From: a virus
Lineage: Duplodnaviria > Caudoviricetes
IMG/VR virus record: IMGVR_UViG_3300049166_000062
Coordinates: 1 to 59,591 of that record
Direction: 5' to 3' (one strand)
DNA length: 59,591 nucleotides
Made by a program: the position numbers and the translations under genes. A model generated the notes under the pieces. It was given only the letters and a program-made list of their open reading frames with translations. It was not told the DNA's origin and did no database searches. Positions 8,137-16,510 of the stretch are shown piece after piece. Within the stretch, counting starts at the first letter, position 1, and each line of letters opens with the position of its first letter.

Positions 8137-9069
8137 TCAGGCCGCGCCTGCCTTCTTGATGCGGACATCGATGTAGCTGGTAGGCTTGACCTCGTAGCCG
8201 GCGCGCTCGACTGTCTTGGCTGTAATCACGCGGCCGTCAGCGATCCTGGCGGCTGAGGCACCGGCCATCTTGTCGAGCAGCTCGGCCTTGATCTCCTTGA
8301 GCCGCTTTTCGATGACGCCCTTCTCGGAGGCGATCCGGGCCTTCTCGTCGCAGATCTCAGGCAGCATGTTGTCGTTGGACAGATCGACGATATTCCCGTT
8401 GGGCTCGTACAGTTCCTCGATCAGGGCACCATCGCGCTTCCAGTCGGCGTCGGGGTGGCCGCCGGCTGCGGTCACGCGCCAGAAATCCGCGACTTCGCCG
8501 CGGATGCGCCTCATCAGGTCCGGCACAACCGGGATGTCGATCATGTGAAGTTCGATGCCGCGACCGACGACCAGGAGCGCAACCATGGCGTACGCCGAGT
8601 TCGTCAGGTCCGCCTCGATCGTTGCCTGGACGGCCACCCAAAGCGGTGGCGTGATCTCCTTCGTCTCCGGGTCGATCCACTGCTTGACGCTGAAATCGGA
8701 GGCGGTCTTGATCTGTATGATACCCTGGCCCTTCCGGTCGGGGCGGCGAACGAAGCAGTCAGGGGTAGCGCCCAGACGGGCACCCGGATCGCGGAAATAG
8801 CGGTTGTTGAAGCTGTGCGTAACCTTCCAGTCGGGATGGTCCTCGCGGATCATGTCTACCGCTGCGTATTCAAGAACGCGGCCGCGCCGCAGGACGGGGT
8901 TGTCATCGTCCTCGGCACCCTTGCGGCCGGTCTTTTCCGCCCAGAGCTCGAAAGCCGAAGTGTAGGGATGAATGCCTAGAAGCGCCGCAGCGGTGCTGGC
9001 GGTCACGTCCTTTGCCCGGGCCGCAAGCCACTGGGCGCGATCGGCGGGGCGGATGATCTCGACCGTCAT
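8137..9069 (-). CDS. yqaJ: YqaJ / lambda-exonuclease-family recombination nuclease
   Basis: WLAAR..VTAS..AALLG..PY.S..ELW.EKTG, RG..LE, LGATPD, IQIKT. Confidence 0.9.
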   Translation of the reverse strand: MTVEIIRPADRAQWLAARAKDVTASTAAALLGIHPYTSAFELWAEKTGRKGAEDDDNPVLRRGRVLEYAAVDMIREDHPDWKVTHSFNNRYFRDPGARLGATPDCFVRRPDRKGQGIIQIKTASDFSVKQWIDPETKEITPPLWVAVQATIEADLTNSAYAMVALLVVGRGIELHMIDIPVVPDLMRRIRGEVADFWRVTAAGGHPDADWKRDGALIEELYEPNGNIVDLSNDNMLPEICDEKARIASEKGVIEKRLKEIKAELLDKMAGASAARIADGRVITAKTVERAGYEVKPTSYIDVRIKKAGAA

Positions 9070-9452
9070 GCTGCAACCTCGCGCGCCGCCAGCATGACGA
9101 GCCGGCAGGCTATGGTGTGGTGATTTCGGTTGGTGCCGAACTCTCGGTCGGCGGCTTTGGCGATCGCCCGAGGCCCAATGCCTTCGGTCCGCTTCGCTTC
9201 GATGAAGAGGTCTTCATCGGGGGAAAACGGGACGACTTGGCGGCCGTTGCGGGTGTACGGCTTCGCGTCGCGATACTCCGGCGCTTTCAGCCCGTTCCGA
9301 TACATGAACCACTGCACTGTCGACGGGTGCTTCCTTAGCGCGCGGGCGATCCGCGTCGACTTCCAGCCGCGCTCGTGAAGCTCGTGAATTCGCTCATGAT
9401 CGGAAGCGGAAAGACCGCCTGGTTCGACGGCGTAGGTGAGGGCATTCGGCAT
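9066..9452 (-). CDS. Tandem HTH DNA-binding protein
   Basis: STRIARALRKHPSTVQW and a second FSPDED...AIAK repeat. Confidence 0.7.
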   Translation of the reverse strand: MPNALTYAVEPGGLSASDHERIHELHERGWKSTRIARALRKHPSTVQWFMYRNGLKAPEYRDAKPYTRNGRQVVPFSPDEDLFIEAKRTEGIGPRAIAKAADREFGTNRNHHTIACRLVMLAAREVAA

Positions 9453-9724
9453 CAGGCCCAGCCCTCCAGAAAAGCGCAGACGGCGGCGTAGACCTGCCCG
9501 CGATCATCGCTGTCGGTGTTCCAGCCTTCGACTTCCATCGCCATCTTGGCGGCGTCGAGCAGCTGCTCGACTACTTCGGTGGTGAACGGACCTGTCATTA
9601 CGCCATCGCCTTCGCGGGCGTAGCGCAGCAGCTCTGCGCATGCGTCAGCAGCTTGGCTGGCAGCGGCGATCGCCAGATCGCGGCTCTTCGTCTCTGCTTC
9701 GTTTTCCGGAGGAATGTCGATCAC
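9452..9724 (-). CDS. Hypothetical protein
   Basis: 90 aa, coupled on both sides. Confidence 0.7.
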   Translation of the reverse strand: MIDIPPENEAETKSRDLAIAAASQAADACAELLRYAREGDGVMTGPFTTEVVEQLLDAAKMAMEVEGWNTDSDDRGQVYAAVCAFLEGWA

Positions 9725-10065
9725 CGTCCGGCCTCCTCGAGCAGCTCGGCGGCGCGTTCCGATATTTCGCGGTTGAACGATCCTAGCCGGAGTTCGACAG
9801 GATGATCATTCAGCGTGTCACGGACGGTCAGAAGCGTGGTGTCGACGCACTCTGCCAGGCATTCTGCGAGCCGATCTTCGAGTGTGGAATCGGCATCAGG
9901 TGAAGCCTTGCGTGCGGCAAAAGTGGCGGCGTTGATCTGGTACAGCGCGTATAGCGCTCGCCCCTTCTTGGTCTCGTAGCCGTAGTCTCCCGGCGCCCCG
10001 AAAGCGGCGTGAACCTCGCCGATGGCATCGGCTACGCGCTTGAGCAGTGACGAGTTCTTGCTCAC
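9721..10065 (-). CDS. Hypothetical protein
   Basis: GTG 10065 overlaps the upstream stop; GAGGAG SD. Confidence 0.65.
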   Translation of the reverse strand: MSKNSSLLKRVADAIGEVHAAFGAPGDYGYETKKGRALYALYQINAATFAARKASPDADSTLEDRLAECLAECVDTTLLTVRDTLNDHPVELRLGSFNREISERAAELLEEAGR

Positions 10066-10244
10066 GGCCGCTGCTCCTCTTCCCAATAGTCGGGATGCTC
10101 GAGCCCGAGATGCTCCAGTTCGTACTGCGGCTTCCGGACTATCCCGGCCTCGCCATGGCGATCGCAGCGGAAGATGCCGTCATGACAAGCCTTGGTGAGG
10201 CAAGCCGCGCATACCGTGATGAGGCGGTAGCGGGCGGCGGTCAT
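10062..10244 (-). CDS. Small Cys-rich protein
   Basis: ITVCAACLTKACHDGIFRC motif; ATGA-coupled. Confidence 0.65.
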   Translation of the reverse strand: MTAARYRLITVCAACLTKACHDGIFRCDRHGEAGIVRKPQYELEHLGLEHPDYWEEEQRP

Positions 10245-10543
10245 TGTCGGCCCTCAGCCTTGGCGACGGCGGCGCGCCCGTCCTGGAGCAGCTGCTTCGA
10301 CGCAGGCGATGCAACGATGTCGGCGGCGATGTCGGCGCTCACCAAGCGCTGAACGATGGCCAACAGGTCAGGCGCGGCCGCCCAGAGGTTCGCGTTCAAA
10401 ACCTTGAGTTCCTTCGGGCCCCAGACCGACGCGACCTTCCGGCCGGTCTCGTCGACCAGGTAGACGTGGCCGGTGCCGTCATGCTCTGTCGGCAGTGCGG
10501 TCGTGATCCAGCGGAGCGATGTGGTGAACCCCGGGGCGCTCAT
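10241..10543 (-). CDS. Hypothetical phage protein (ANxxxAAAPDLL family)
   Basis: NANLWAAAPDLL...AAVAKAEG motif common in phage early genes. Confidence 0.75.
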   Translation of the reverse strand: MSAPGFTTSLRWITTALPTEHDGTGHVYLVDETGRKVASVWGPKELKVLNANLWAAAPDLLAIVQRLVSADIAADIVASPASKQLLQDGRAAVAKAEGRQ

Positions 10544-10731
10544 TGCCGCACCGCCTTCCTGGCGTCCTGATCGGTGGCGTCACGGGCGAACCGAAGTGTC
10601 CGGCAGACCGCGTCTTCGCCAACGGAAAGGACCTTCGCGATCTCCAGTGTATCGAAGCGGCCGCTGCCCCAAAGCACGATGCAGGCGAGCGCCTGGTCGC
10701 CGGTGAGGAAGCGCATGGTGGTCACGCTCAT
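10540..10731 (-). CDS. Small HTH protein
   Basis: DTLEIAKVLSVGEDAVCRTL; ATGA-coupled. Confidence 0.7.
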   Translation of the reverse strand: MSVTTMRFLTGDQALACIVLWGSGRFDTLEIAKVLSVGEDAVCRTLRFARDATDQDARKAVRQ

Positions 10732-11078
10732 GGCCGCACCCTCCGGTACGCCACGATGTCGAGGCGGCCGAGCCCCGGCGCGCCCGACAGGCAGTGATGC
10801 CAGTTCTGGTGGTTCGCGATCCCCTGGTACTGGCGGCCGTCGCGGAGCCGGTATTCCAGCCTGTCCTCGGGGCCGACCGGGCAGGGGCCACCGCCCCACG
10901 GGGTCCAGCCCTCGATGGTGGCGATCTGCGCCTTCAGATCGTCGACGCGAGCCTTGCAGGTCGCGACCTCAGCGGCGCGCCGCACCGGAGCATCGAGCAT
11001 CTCGGCTCTGACCAGATCGCGCTCGGCGCGCTCCAGGAGCGATTCGAGATCGGCGAGGGATGGGGCAAGGTCCGGCAT
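10728..11078 (-). CDS. Coiled-coil plus W-x-GG-x-CPV domain protein
   Basis: WTPWGGGPCPV...RDG...WHH...DIVAYR; TGATG-coupled. Confidence 0.7.
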   Translation of the reverse strand: MPDLAPSLADLESLLERAERDLVRAEMLDAPVRRAAEVATCKARVDDLKAQIATIEGWTPWGGGPCPVGPEDRLEYRLRDGRQYQGIANHQNWHHCLSGAPGLGRLDIVAYRRVRP

Positions 11079-11239
11079 CACAGCCACCCCAGCATGCGGG
11101 CCACAGAGGGGCCGGCGAGGACAACGGCCGGGGCCAGCGACATCCCGACGACAAGCTTGGCGCAGTCGGACAGAAAATCGGCAATCGCGGTGTGAACCGG
11201 ATCTGGCTCGGGGACTGGCTTCGTTGTTGGGTGGCGCAT
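11078..11239 (-). CDS. Small membrane protein (53 aa)
   Basis: GAGGAGGAGG SD; hydrophobic C-terminal half LVVGMSLAPAVVLAG. Confidence 0.55.
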   Translation of the reverse strand: MRHPTTKPVPEPDPVHTAIADFLSDCAKLVVGMSLAPAVVLAGPSVARMLGWL

Positions 11240-11263
11240 CAGAGTTCCTCCTCCTCGCGGCGT

Positions 11264-11527
11264 TTACTGGCAGCGGCCCTTGAGCCGTGCGATTTCGTCC
11301 TTGTGGTCGGGAGCGCCGACCATCGACCCGACCGGCAGGCCGACCAGGAAGACGCCGACGGCGTCGTTCGTGGCGGTGGCGGACTGGACCTTCCAGAGCT
11401 CGGCGAGACGGGCGCGATCGGCGGTGGTGCAGGGCGCCGCATTGGCGATCGGCTTGATCCGGTTCGGAGGAGTTGCGCAGCCGGCGATGGCCAGTGCGGC
11501 GAGGGCGGATAGGAGGTAGCGTTTCAT
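11264..11527 (-). CDS. Lipoprotein, first gene of the left (PL) operon
   Basis: MKRYLLSALAALAIAG-C lipobox; GGGAG SD. Confidence 0.8.
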   Translation of the reverse strand: MKRYLLSALAALAIAGCATPPNRIKPIANAAPCTTADRARLAELWKVQSATATNDAVGVFLVGLPVGSMVGAPDHKDEIARLKGRCQ

Positions 11528-11571
11528 CGGTTTGGCTCCCAGTTGGAGCAGCATCTGTGCTCCAATGCGGC

Positions 11572-11626
11572 ATATTAGCGACGAACGCTAATCACATGTC
11601 AAGCGGTAAATAGCGTTCAACGCTAA
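11572..11626 (-). promoter_or_regulatory. PL promoter with two repressor operators (OL)
   Basis: TTGACA-N17-GCTAAT on the minus strand; operators TTAGCGACGAACGCTAA 11575-11591 and ATAGCGTTCAACGCTAA 11610-11626. Confidence 0.85.
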
Positions 11627-11985
11627 GAAAACGCGGCCAGGATCTGCCGTGGAACGCTCGCGCGCGCGGAAACACCAACTTCGAATCGAAGAGAACCGAC
11701 GCAGTGTGTGCGTCAGCACACACACTGAAACGTCGAGGGACACGGATTCGGTGAAGGTTGAGCTCGACGAGATTCGGACGCGAAAGCATCAGATCCGTTC
11801 AAGGTTGAGCACTTCAGAATCGGCAGTGCTGGACCTGATTCGTCTAAACGTAGAGCACTACATAGAAGGTTATATATAACCACCAACCGGGCGCGAAGGC
11901 GCGCGCGGATAAACCGCGCGCTTCGTGCTTGTCAATTCCGGTCGAGGAAATCTTTGTCGAAGTAGAACCGCTGTCCAGACGGAGT

Positions 11986-12387
11986 TTACCGCTGCCCCGC
12001 CACAGCCGCTTCTCCTGCAGCAATCAGTTTTCGAGCAGCTTCGCAGAAGCCGGCTTCATCCTGAGGGGTTGGGAAGCTCATGGTCGCAACAACCCCGGAT
12101 ACCGCAAACACCTTCTTTCCGATTTCAGAATCAAAGGCCGATTCTCCGCCTGCAGCATCGATGAGGGCCCCAGAAGGCTTTGGCGTGGAACATCTCCTCT
12201 CCGCGAAGAGCGCCACGGCGTAAGAGGTCAGGATGGGATTTGCCACTGCGAGCTCCCCAAATTCCCTTTGGGCTTTGCCGGGCTCCGAAAACAGTGACTT
12301 GACGTACGCCTGGTAGGCCGGGTCGTCGGCGATCGTCGGGGTAGCCATTGCGGCCCAACAGATTGCGGCGAGGGCCAGGCGGAGCAT
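11986..12387 (-). CDS. Exported protein co-transcribed with cI
   Basis: Sec-type signal MLRLALAAICWAAMATPTIA; starts 4 nt after the cI stop. Confidence 0.75.
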   Translation of the reverse strand: MLRLALAAICWAAMATPTIADDPAYQAYVKSLFSEPGKAQREFGELAVANPILTSYAVALFAERRCSTPKPSGALIDAAGGESAFDSEIGKKVFAVSGVVATMSFPTPQDEAGFCEAARKLIAAGEAAVAGQR

Positions 12388-12391
12388 TCAC

Positions 12392-13024
12392 TCACTCCTT
12401 GCTCACAGAATAGCGGACGCGCCCAACGACGCGGATCGTATCATCGTCGCCGCCTTCGAGCGGAATGGGTTCCTGAAATCGAGGATCCGTGGATTCGGGC
12501 AGAAGCCAGACCTTCCCGACCTCGTCGCGCCAGAGTGTCTTCACCGTGGCCTCGCGCATACCGTCGGCTCGTTCGCGCTCGACGATGTAGCGCTTTCCAA
12601 GTTCCACGTGCTCGCCGGTTTCCATCATGTTGGTGAATACAAGCACGGTGCCGTCAGGGTAGCGACGGTTCATAGACGGGCCGCGCGTCTCGGCGCCATA
12701 GAGCGTGAACTGTGAAAGGGATTCGTCAACGGGAACCGGAACAGTGTAGCGATCCTCGTCATGCCATTCCCAAGTCTCGGCCCAGTGACCAGCTTGGACA
12801 AAGCCACGTACTGGCACATTGCGGACGGTTGCCGCTGAATCTGAAACCAGATCAGCGACAGAGACCGACAGTTCGCGAGCTATTTGCTCCAACCGGGCTA
12901 AGTCAGGAGAAGCTTTCCCGCGCTCGATCTTGTTCAGATTCGTGACGTGGATGCCGAGGCGTTCGGCCAGCTCGACCTGGGATACGCCTTGCTGCTCGCG
13001 GATTTTTGCAATGTTCATAATCAC
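12392..13024 (-). CDS. cI: CI-like repressor (XRE HTH + S24 autopeptidase)
   Basis: SQVELAERLGI..TNLNKIERG HTH; VQAG cleavage site; GPSM (Ser) and TVK (Lys) dyad. Confidence 0.93.
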   Translation of the reverse strand: MIMNIAKIREQQGVSQVELAERLGIHVTNLNKIERGKASPDLARLEQIARELSVSVADLVSDSAATVRNVPVRGFVQAGHWAETWEWHDEDRYTVPVPVDESLSQFTLYGAETRGPSMNRRYPDGTVLVFTNMMETGEHVELGKRYIVERERADGMREATVKTLWRDEVGKVWLLPESTDPRFQEPIPLEGGDDDTIRVVGRVRYSVSKE

Positions 13025-13030
13025 TTGCCG

Positions 13031-13110
13031 ACTATAGCGGCGAACGCTAATGATGTAATTCGCGTCTGACGCTAATTGTGCTTGACAATCACTTAGCGTT
13101 CGTCGCTAAT
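13031..13110. promoter_or_regulatory. OR region: three operators, PR and PRM
   Basis: Operators at 13034-13050, 13059-13075 and 13093-13109. PR is TTGACA(13082)-N17-GCTAAT. A minus-strand TATAGT lies 6 nt before the cI GTG. Confidence 0.85.
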
Positions 13111-13118
13111 CAGCGACT

Positions 13119-13367
13119 ATGAAACTCCGTGAATGGCGAACCACAAATCAGAAAACGTTGAAGGAAACGGCTGAACTGCTCGGCATCGGGCAGGGCGCCA
13201 ATCCTTCGCGTCGCGCGCAGCGAATCGAAACCGGGGAGGCCCCGGTGGACGCGATCATTGCCGATCGCATCGTCACCGTGACCAATGGTGCCGTCACGCT
13301 TCAGGATATCAACGATACCCGCCGTGAGTTTCTGGCCACCTCCGCCGCGACGGGTGAAGTCGCATGA
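13119..13367 (+). CDS. cro: Cro-like HTH regulator
   Basis: Divergent from cI; MKLREWR...TAELLG...RIETG...TNGAVTLQD. Confidence 0.85.
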   Translation: MKLREWRTTNQKTLKETAELLGIGQGANPSRRAQRIETGEAPVDAIIADRIVTVTNGAVTLQDINDTRREFLATSAATGEVA

Positions 13368-13378
13368 CGTCTCCGGCT

Positions 13379-13573
13379 TCAGTTCGCACCATGCCCGAGC
13401 TTGCGCCGGCCGTCGGCGAGGAGTTGGCGGAAGGCCTCGTTGCTCATGACGACATGAGAGACCGGCAATCTCGCGGTCGACTGATCGCCTGCCGACCCAG
13501 CCATGCCGATGAGATGCACATGCGCATCCTCGAGCTCGATCCGGACTTCTCGGACAAAAAGCGCTGGCTGCAT
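13379..13573 (-). CDS. Opposite-strand small protein (paralog 1)
   Basis: GGGAGGG SD; PALFV...VVMSNEAFRQLLADGRR. Confidence 0.65.
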   Translation of the reverse strand: MQPALFVREVRIELEDAHVHLIGMAGSAGDQSTARLPVSHVVMSNEAFRQLLADGRRKLGHGAN

Positions 13574-13591
13574 GATGTACCCTCCCTGAAG

Positions 13592-13617
13592 GACGTTGCC
13601 GCAAGCAGGGAAGTTCA
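13592..13617 (-). promoter_or_regulatory. ECF-type promoter TGAAC-N17-CGTC
   Basis: Two mismatches to GGAAC-N16/17-CGTT; 18 nt upstream of ATG 13573. Confidence 0.4.
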
Positions 13618-13693
13618 TCACGGCGGGCAGGGGCGGGGAACAACGGATCGCCGGGAGCACACCGCTTTCCGGCCTGATGGTTTCCGAAACCTT

Positions 13694-13942
13694 TCAATGG
13701 CTGCGGCGCCCGACTCGGCGACCATCCGAAAGCATCTGGCGAAATCCCTTGTAGGGCATCGCTATCTTGGCCTGGATCCGCGCCTGGCGCGGAAGTCCGG
13801 TGATTTTGGGGAGATCAACCCAGAAGGTCAGACGGACGACATGCTCCTCGCTGACCTGGAGCTCGCACCCCGTCGCAAACAAGACGGGGAGGGGCTCGGG
13901 TTCAGTGAGAGGAGGCCTGGTGTCGTTTCCGTCGTCGGACAT
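13694..13942 (-). CDS. Opposite-strand small protein (paralog 2)
   Basis: PVLFATG...IAMPYKGFRQMLSDGRR, similar to 13379-13573. Confidence 0.65.
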   Translation of the reverse strand: MSDDGNDTRPPLTEPEPLPVLFATGCELQVSEEHVVRLTFWVDLPKITGLPRQARIQAKIAMPYKGFRQMLSDGRRVGRRSH

Positions 13943-14193
13943 CGTTTTAACTCTGCATTGCGGTTTCATTCGCGCGCCGTACCCACCCCGCGCGACCGCC
14001 GGCGACCTGCCGGCATGGTGGGTCATGCTGTCCCGTTCCCGTCGGGCATGGCCCACCTTTCCGTTTCCGTGTCGATTTCTTCTTCACCATCGTTTCTCCG
14101 TCAGTCCGTAGCGCGCCAACGCTCGTCTGACCTTTGTTCCAAGTCGAAGCCCGTTTGCTCCGTCGCTCAAACCAATAGCGAGGGAAGCATGTC

Positions 14194-14598
14194 ATGCGTG
14201 ACAAGAGGTATGTCGGGGACAGCAAGATGCATGTAGCGATCGACGACCCGATCTGGCTTGGGCAGGAAGCCAAGCGCATGTCCGAAAAGCTTCTGCGCAA
14301 GGAGCACCGCGGGCCGGGCGACACTATCGAGGCGGCGGCCTATCGTCTTCAGACCAGGCACCAGGTCCCCGCCTCTGTTATACTTCAGTGCTGGAACCGG
14401 CCGGCGCGCGAGATGAAGGTCTCGCGGTGGATGTCGGTGTTCAAAGCCTATTGGGCCGAGTTCGGCGTCAAGGCAGAAACCGCGTACGAGGAAAAGAGGA
14501 AGGCAACTAATGCCCATCCGGCGCTGGTTAGGCTGGCTGATTTTGTGGCTGGCCGAGAAATTTGGGATGACGCGTCCCAAGGCGGAGACGCCAGATGA
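14194..14598 (+). CDS. Putative CII-like regulator
   Basis: Position after cro; EHRGPGDTIEAAAYRL motif typical of rhizobial prophages; alternative start 14227. Confidence 0.6.
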   Translation: MRDKRYVGDSKMHVAIDDPIWLGQEAKRMSEKLLRKEHRGPGDTIEAAAYRLQTRHQVPASVILQCWNRPAREMKVSRWMSVFKAYWAEFGVKAETAYEEKRKATNAHPALVRLADFVAGREIWDDASQGGDAR

Positions 14599-15230
14599 AC
14601 GCGCCAGCGAATATCCTGCCGGATTGGCGGATGATGGATCCATCGGAACGGGATCGTCTGCTGATCGAGTACTGCGGGAAGGGTCTCACGGCGACCCAGG
14701 TATCTCAGAGGTTCCAAGGGGCCAGCCGAAGCGCAGTAATCGGCCGCGTTCATAGGCTGCAGAAATCCGGCCGGAAGATTGCCTTCGAATATGCGCCCAC
14801 GAACAAGGGGCGCGATGACAGCCGGCCACGATACGGCGCGAAGAAGAAGCAGCCGAGCCCGCCGAAGGGCCAAAAGTCGCCATCAGCCCCACGCGGCCGT
14901 AAGCTCCGTCTCATCGCCGGCGTCGAACAGGTCCAGATAGGCTCCGGCCCGAAGGCCAAGAGCCAATACGATTTCAAGACCCGCGCCGAACAGCGGGCAT
15001 CCGCTCCCCCGATCGTGATCCGCCGCGAGAACGCTTTCGATCCGCTGCCAGGGCAGGAACCAGTTCGCTACGGCGCGCCAGGCTGCAAATGGGCAGTCGA
15101 CGGTCTCGAAGGGCCAGGGCTGCTCTGGTGCGGTGCCGCGAAAGAACACGAGCGCAGTTACTGCGAAGCGCATCGCCACCTCTCGTACCAGCCACCGACC
15201 TACCGACTGAGCGTTCCCAAAGGCGCTTGA
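14595..15230 (+). CDS. gcrA: GcrA-family cell-cycle regulator
   Basis: GLTATQV..SRSAVIGRVHRL N-terminal HTH and C-terminal CKW..G...WCG....SYCEAH. Confidence 0.85.
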   Translation: MNAPANILPDWRMMDPSERDRLLIEYCGKGLTATQVSQRFQGASRSAVIGRVHRLQKSGRKIAFEYAPTNKGRDDSRPRYGAKKKQPSPPKGQKSPSAPRGRKLRLIAGVEQVQIGSGPKAKSQYDFKTRAEQRASAPPIVIRRENAFDPLPGQEPVRYGAPGCKWAVDGLEGPGLLWCGAAKEHERSYCEAHRHLSYQPPTYRLSVPKGA

Positions 15231-15252
15231 AGCCAACGAAAGGCATGTCTCC

Positions 15253-15747
15253 ATGGCCAAGATTCATGAGCGTCCGAACAGAGCGTCGCCGAGCGAAGCG
15301 GCTTCGTTCGTCGAGGAGGTCGATCGGCTGGAGCAGGGGCGCGAGGAGCAGCTTCGCGTCCTCGATGCCGAGTTCAAGGTGAAGAAGCGCGCGATCAACA
15401 AGAAGGTCAACGACGACCAGAAGGCCATCCTCGCCGATGCCAAGAAGCAAGGCGTCAACAAGGGCGTGATCCGCGCGCTGGCGGACGGCCAGGCCGGTAT
15501 CCGCAAGGCATCGGAAAAGCTGGAGACGGCGCGGGAAAAGGCGAGCGACCGGCTCGACGGGCTGGAGGATGAGGACCGGGATTATGCGGTCGATATCCAC
15601 AAGGCCTTGGGCGTCGACTTCGCCAGCTTCGGCCTCGGGGCTGCAGCGGTCGAGCGCGAAGAACCCGCTCCCGCGAATGGCGTCGATCCTATTGCTGCTG
15701 CGGCTGAGAAGGCTTGGACCGAAGCAGCGCCTGCCGGCGCGGACTGA
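15253..15747 (+). CDS. GapR/DUF2312-like nucleoid-associated protein (divergent, extended)
   Basis: SFVEEVDRLE...DQKAILADAKKQG.NK.VIR...ALG pattern. Confidence 0.55.
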   Translation: MAKIHERPNRASPSEAASFVEEVDRLEQGREEQLRVLDAEFKVKKRAINKKVNDDQKAILADAKKQGVNKGVIRALADGQAGIRKASEKLETAREKASDRLDGLEDEDRDYAVDIHKALGVDFASFGLGAAAVEREEPAPANGVDPIAAAAEKAWTEAAPAGAD

Positions 15748-15825
15748 TTCAGAGGGCGGAGAGACGCCCGCATAAACCGCCCGCGACGGGCATGCAACGA
15801 CCGGGAAAAACCGGCGAGAGAGAAT

Positions 15826-16509
15826 ATGGGCATCACCGTCCTCGGCCTGGATATCGCGACCTATTGCGGCGTCTGCTGGAAAGAGGCGGGCGTGCCGGCC
15901 TCTGACTGGCGCTGCTATGTCATCGAATCCGAGGGCGACAATTCCGAGGACAAGGCCGGCGATCTTGCCATGGCTCTCGCCGGCGAATTCAAGACCAGGC
16001 GACCCGACTTCGCGGCTATCGAGATGCCGCAGCGCAGCGTCACCCAGTTCGGCAAAGAGGGTGATGACGGCGAGCGCAAGCAAACCATCAACCCAAACGC
16101 CCTTCAACTCTCCGGCCTCGCCGGTGGTGCCGTGGCATGCCTTGATCTGCACGGCATCCCATGGGGGTTGGTGGCGCCGTCAACATGGCGATCTGCCTAT
16201 TTCGGCAAAGGATACAAGCCGCTGATCGACTGGAAGCAGTCAGCGATCGACATGGCGAACATTCAGAAGATCGTGCTGCCGCCTACAAAGAAGGCGCAGC
16301 GCGACGCGGCGGAGGCCGTCGGCATTTCGGTTGCCTGGGAGCGCTGCACCTTCGTGCCTGAACGCCACCAGCGGGCGTTCATGGCGCTGCGAACCGGCAG
16401 GCAAGGCGAGGCTGGACCGATGCCCTCATTCGCCAGCCGAGAGGTCGTACCGCCGGAACAACAGCTCGCCGCCCGAAACGCCGAACAACCCCTGCCAGAG
16501 AGGTTTTGA
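15826..16509 (+). CDS. RuvC-like Holliday junction resolvase
   Basis: VLGLDIAT, AAIE, PSTWR, RDAAEAVGI. Confidence 0.75.
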   Translation: MGITVLGLDIATYCGVCWKEAGVPASDWRCYVIESEGDNSEDKAGDLAMALAGEFKTRRPDFAAIEMPQRSVTQFGKEGDDGERKQTINPNALQLSGLAGGAVACLDLHGIPWGLVAPSTWRSAYFGKGYKPLIDWKQSAIDMANIQKIVLPPTKKAQRDAAEAVGISVAWERCTFVPERHQRAFMALRTGRQGEAGPMPSFASREVVPPEQQLAARNAEQPLPERF

Positions 16510-16510
16510 G

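Larger units (their letters stand above)
13364..14236 (+). other. Bridge ORF C (290 codons), antisense to two paralogous morons
   Basis: ATGA overlap with the cro stop; ends inside the start region of 14194/14227; codon-registered with both antisense genes. Confidence 0.5.

Noticed and set aside
6250-8256. 668-aa plus-strand ORF
   Set aside because: Shadow of well-supported minus-strand genes, with no SD, no motifs and no coupling to same-strand neighbours. Kept only as a caution that long antisense ORFs arise easily here.
11649-11879. 76-aa plus-strand ORF in the immunity region
   Set aside because: No SD, built from palindromic and dinucleotide-repeat sequence; more likely non-coding.
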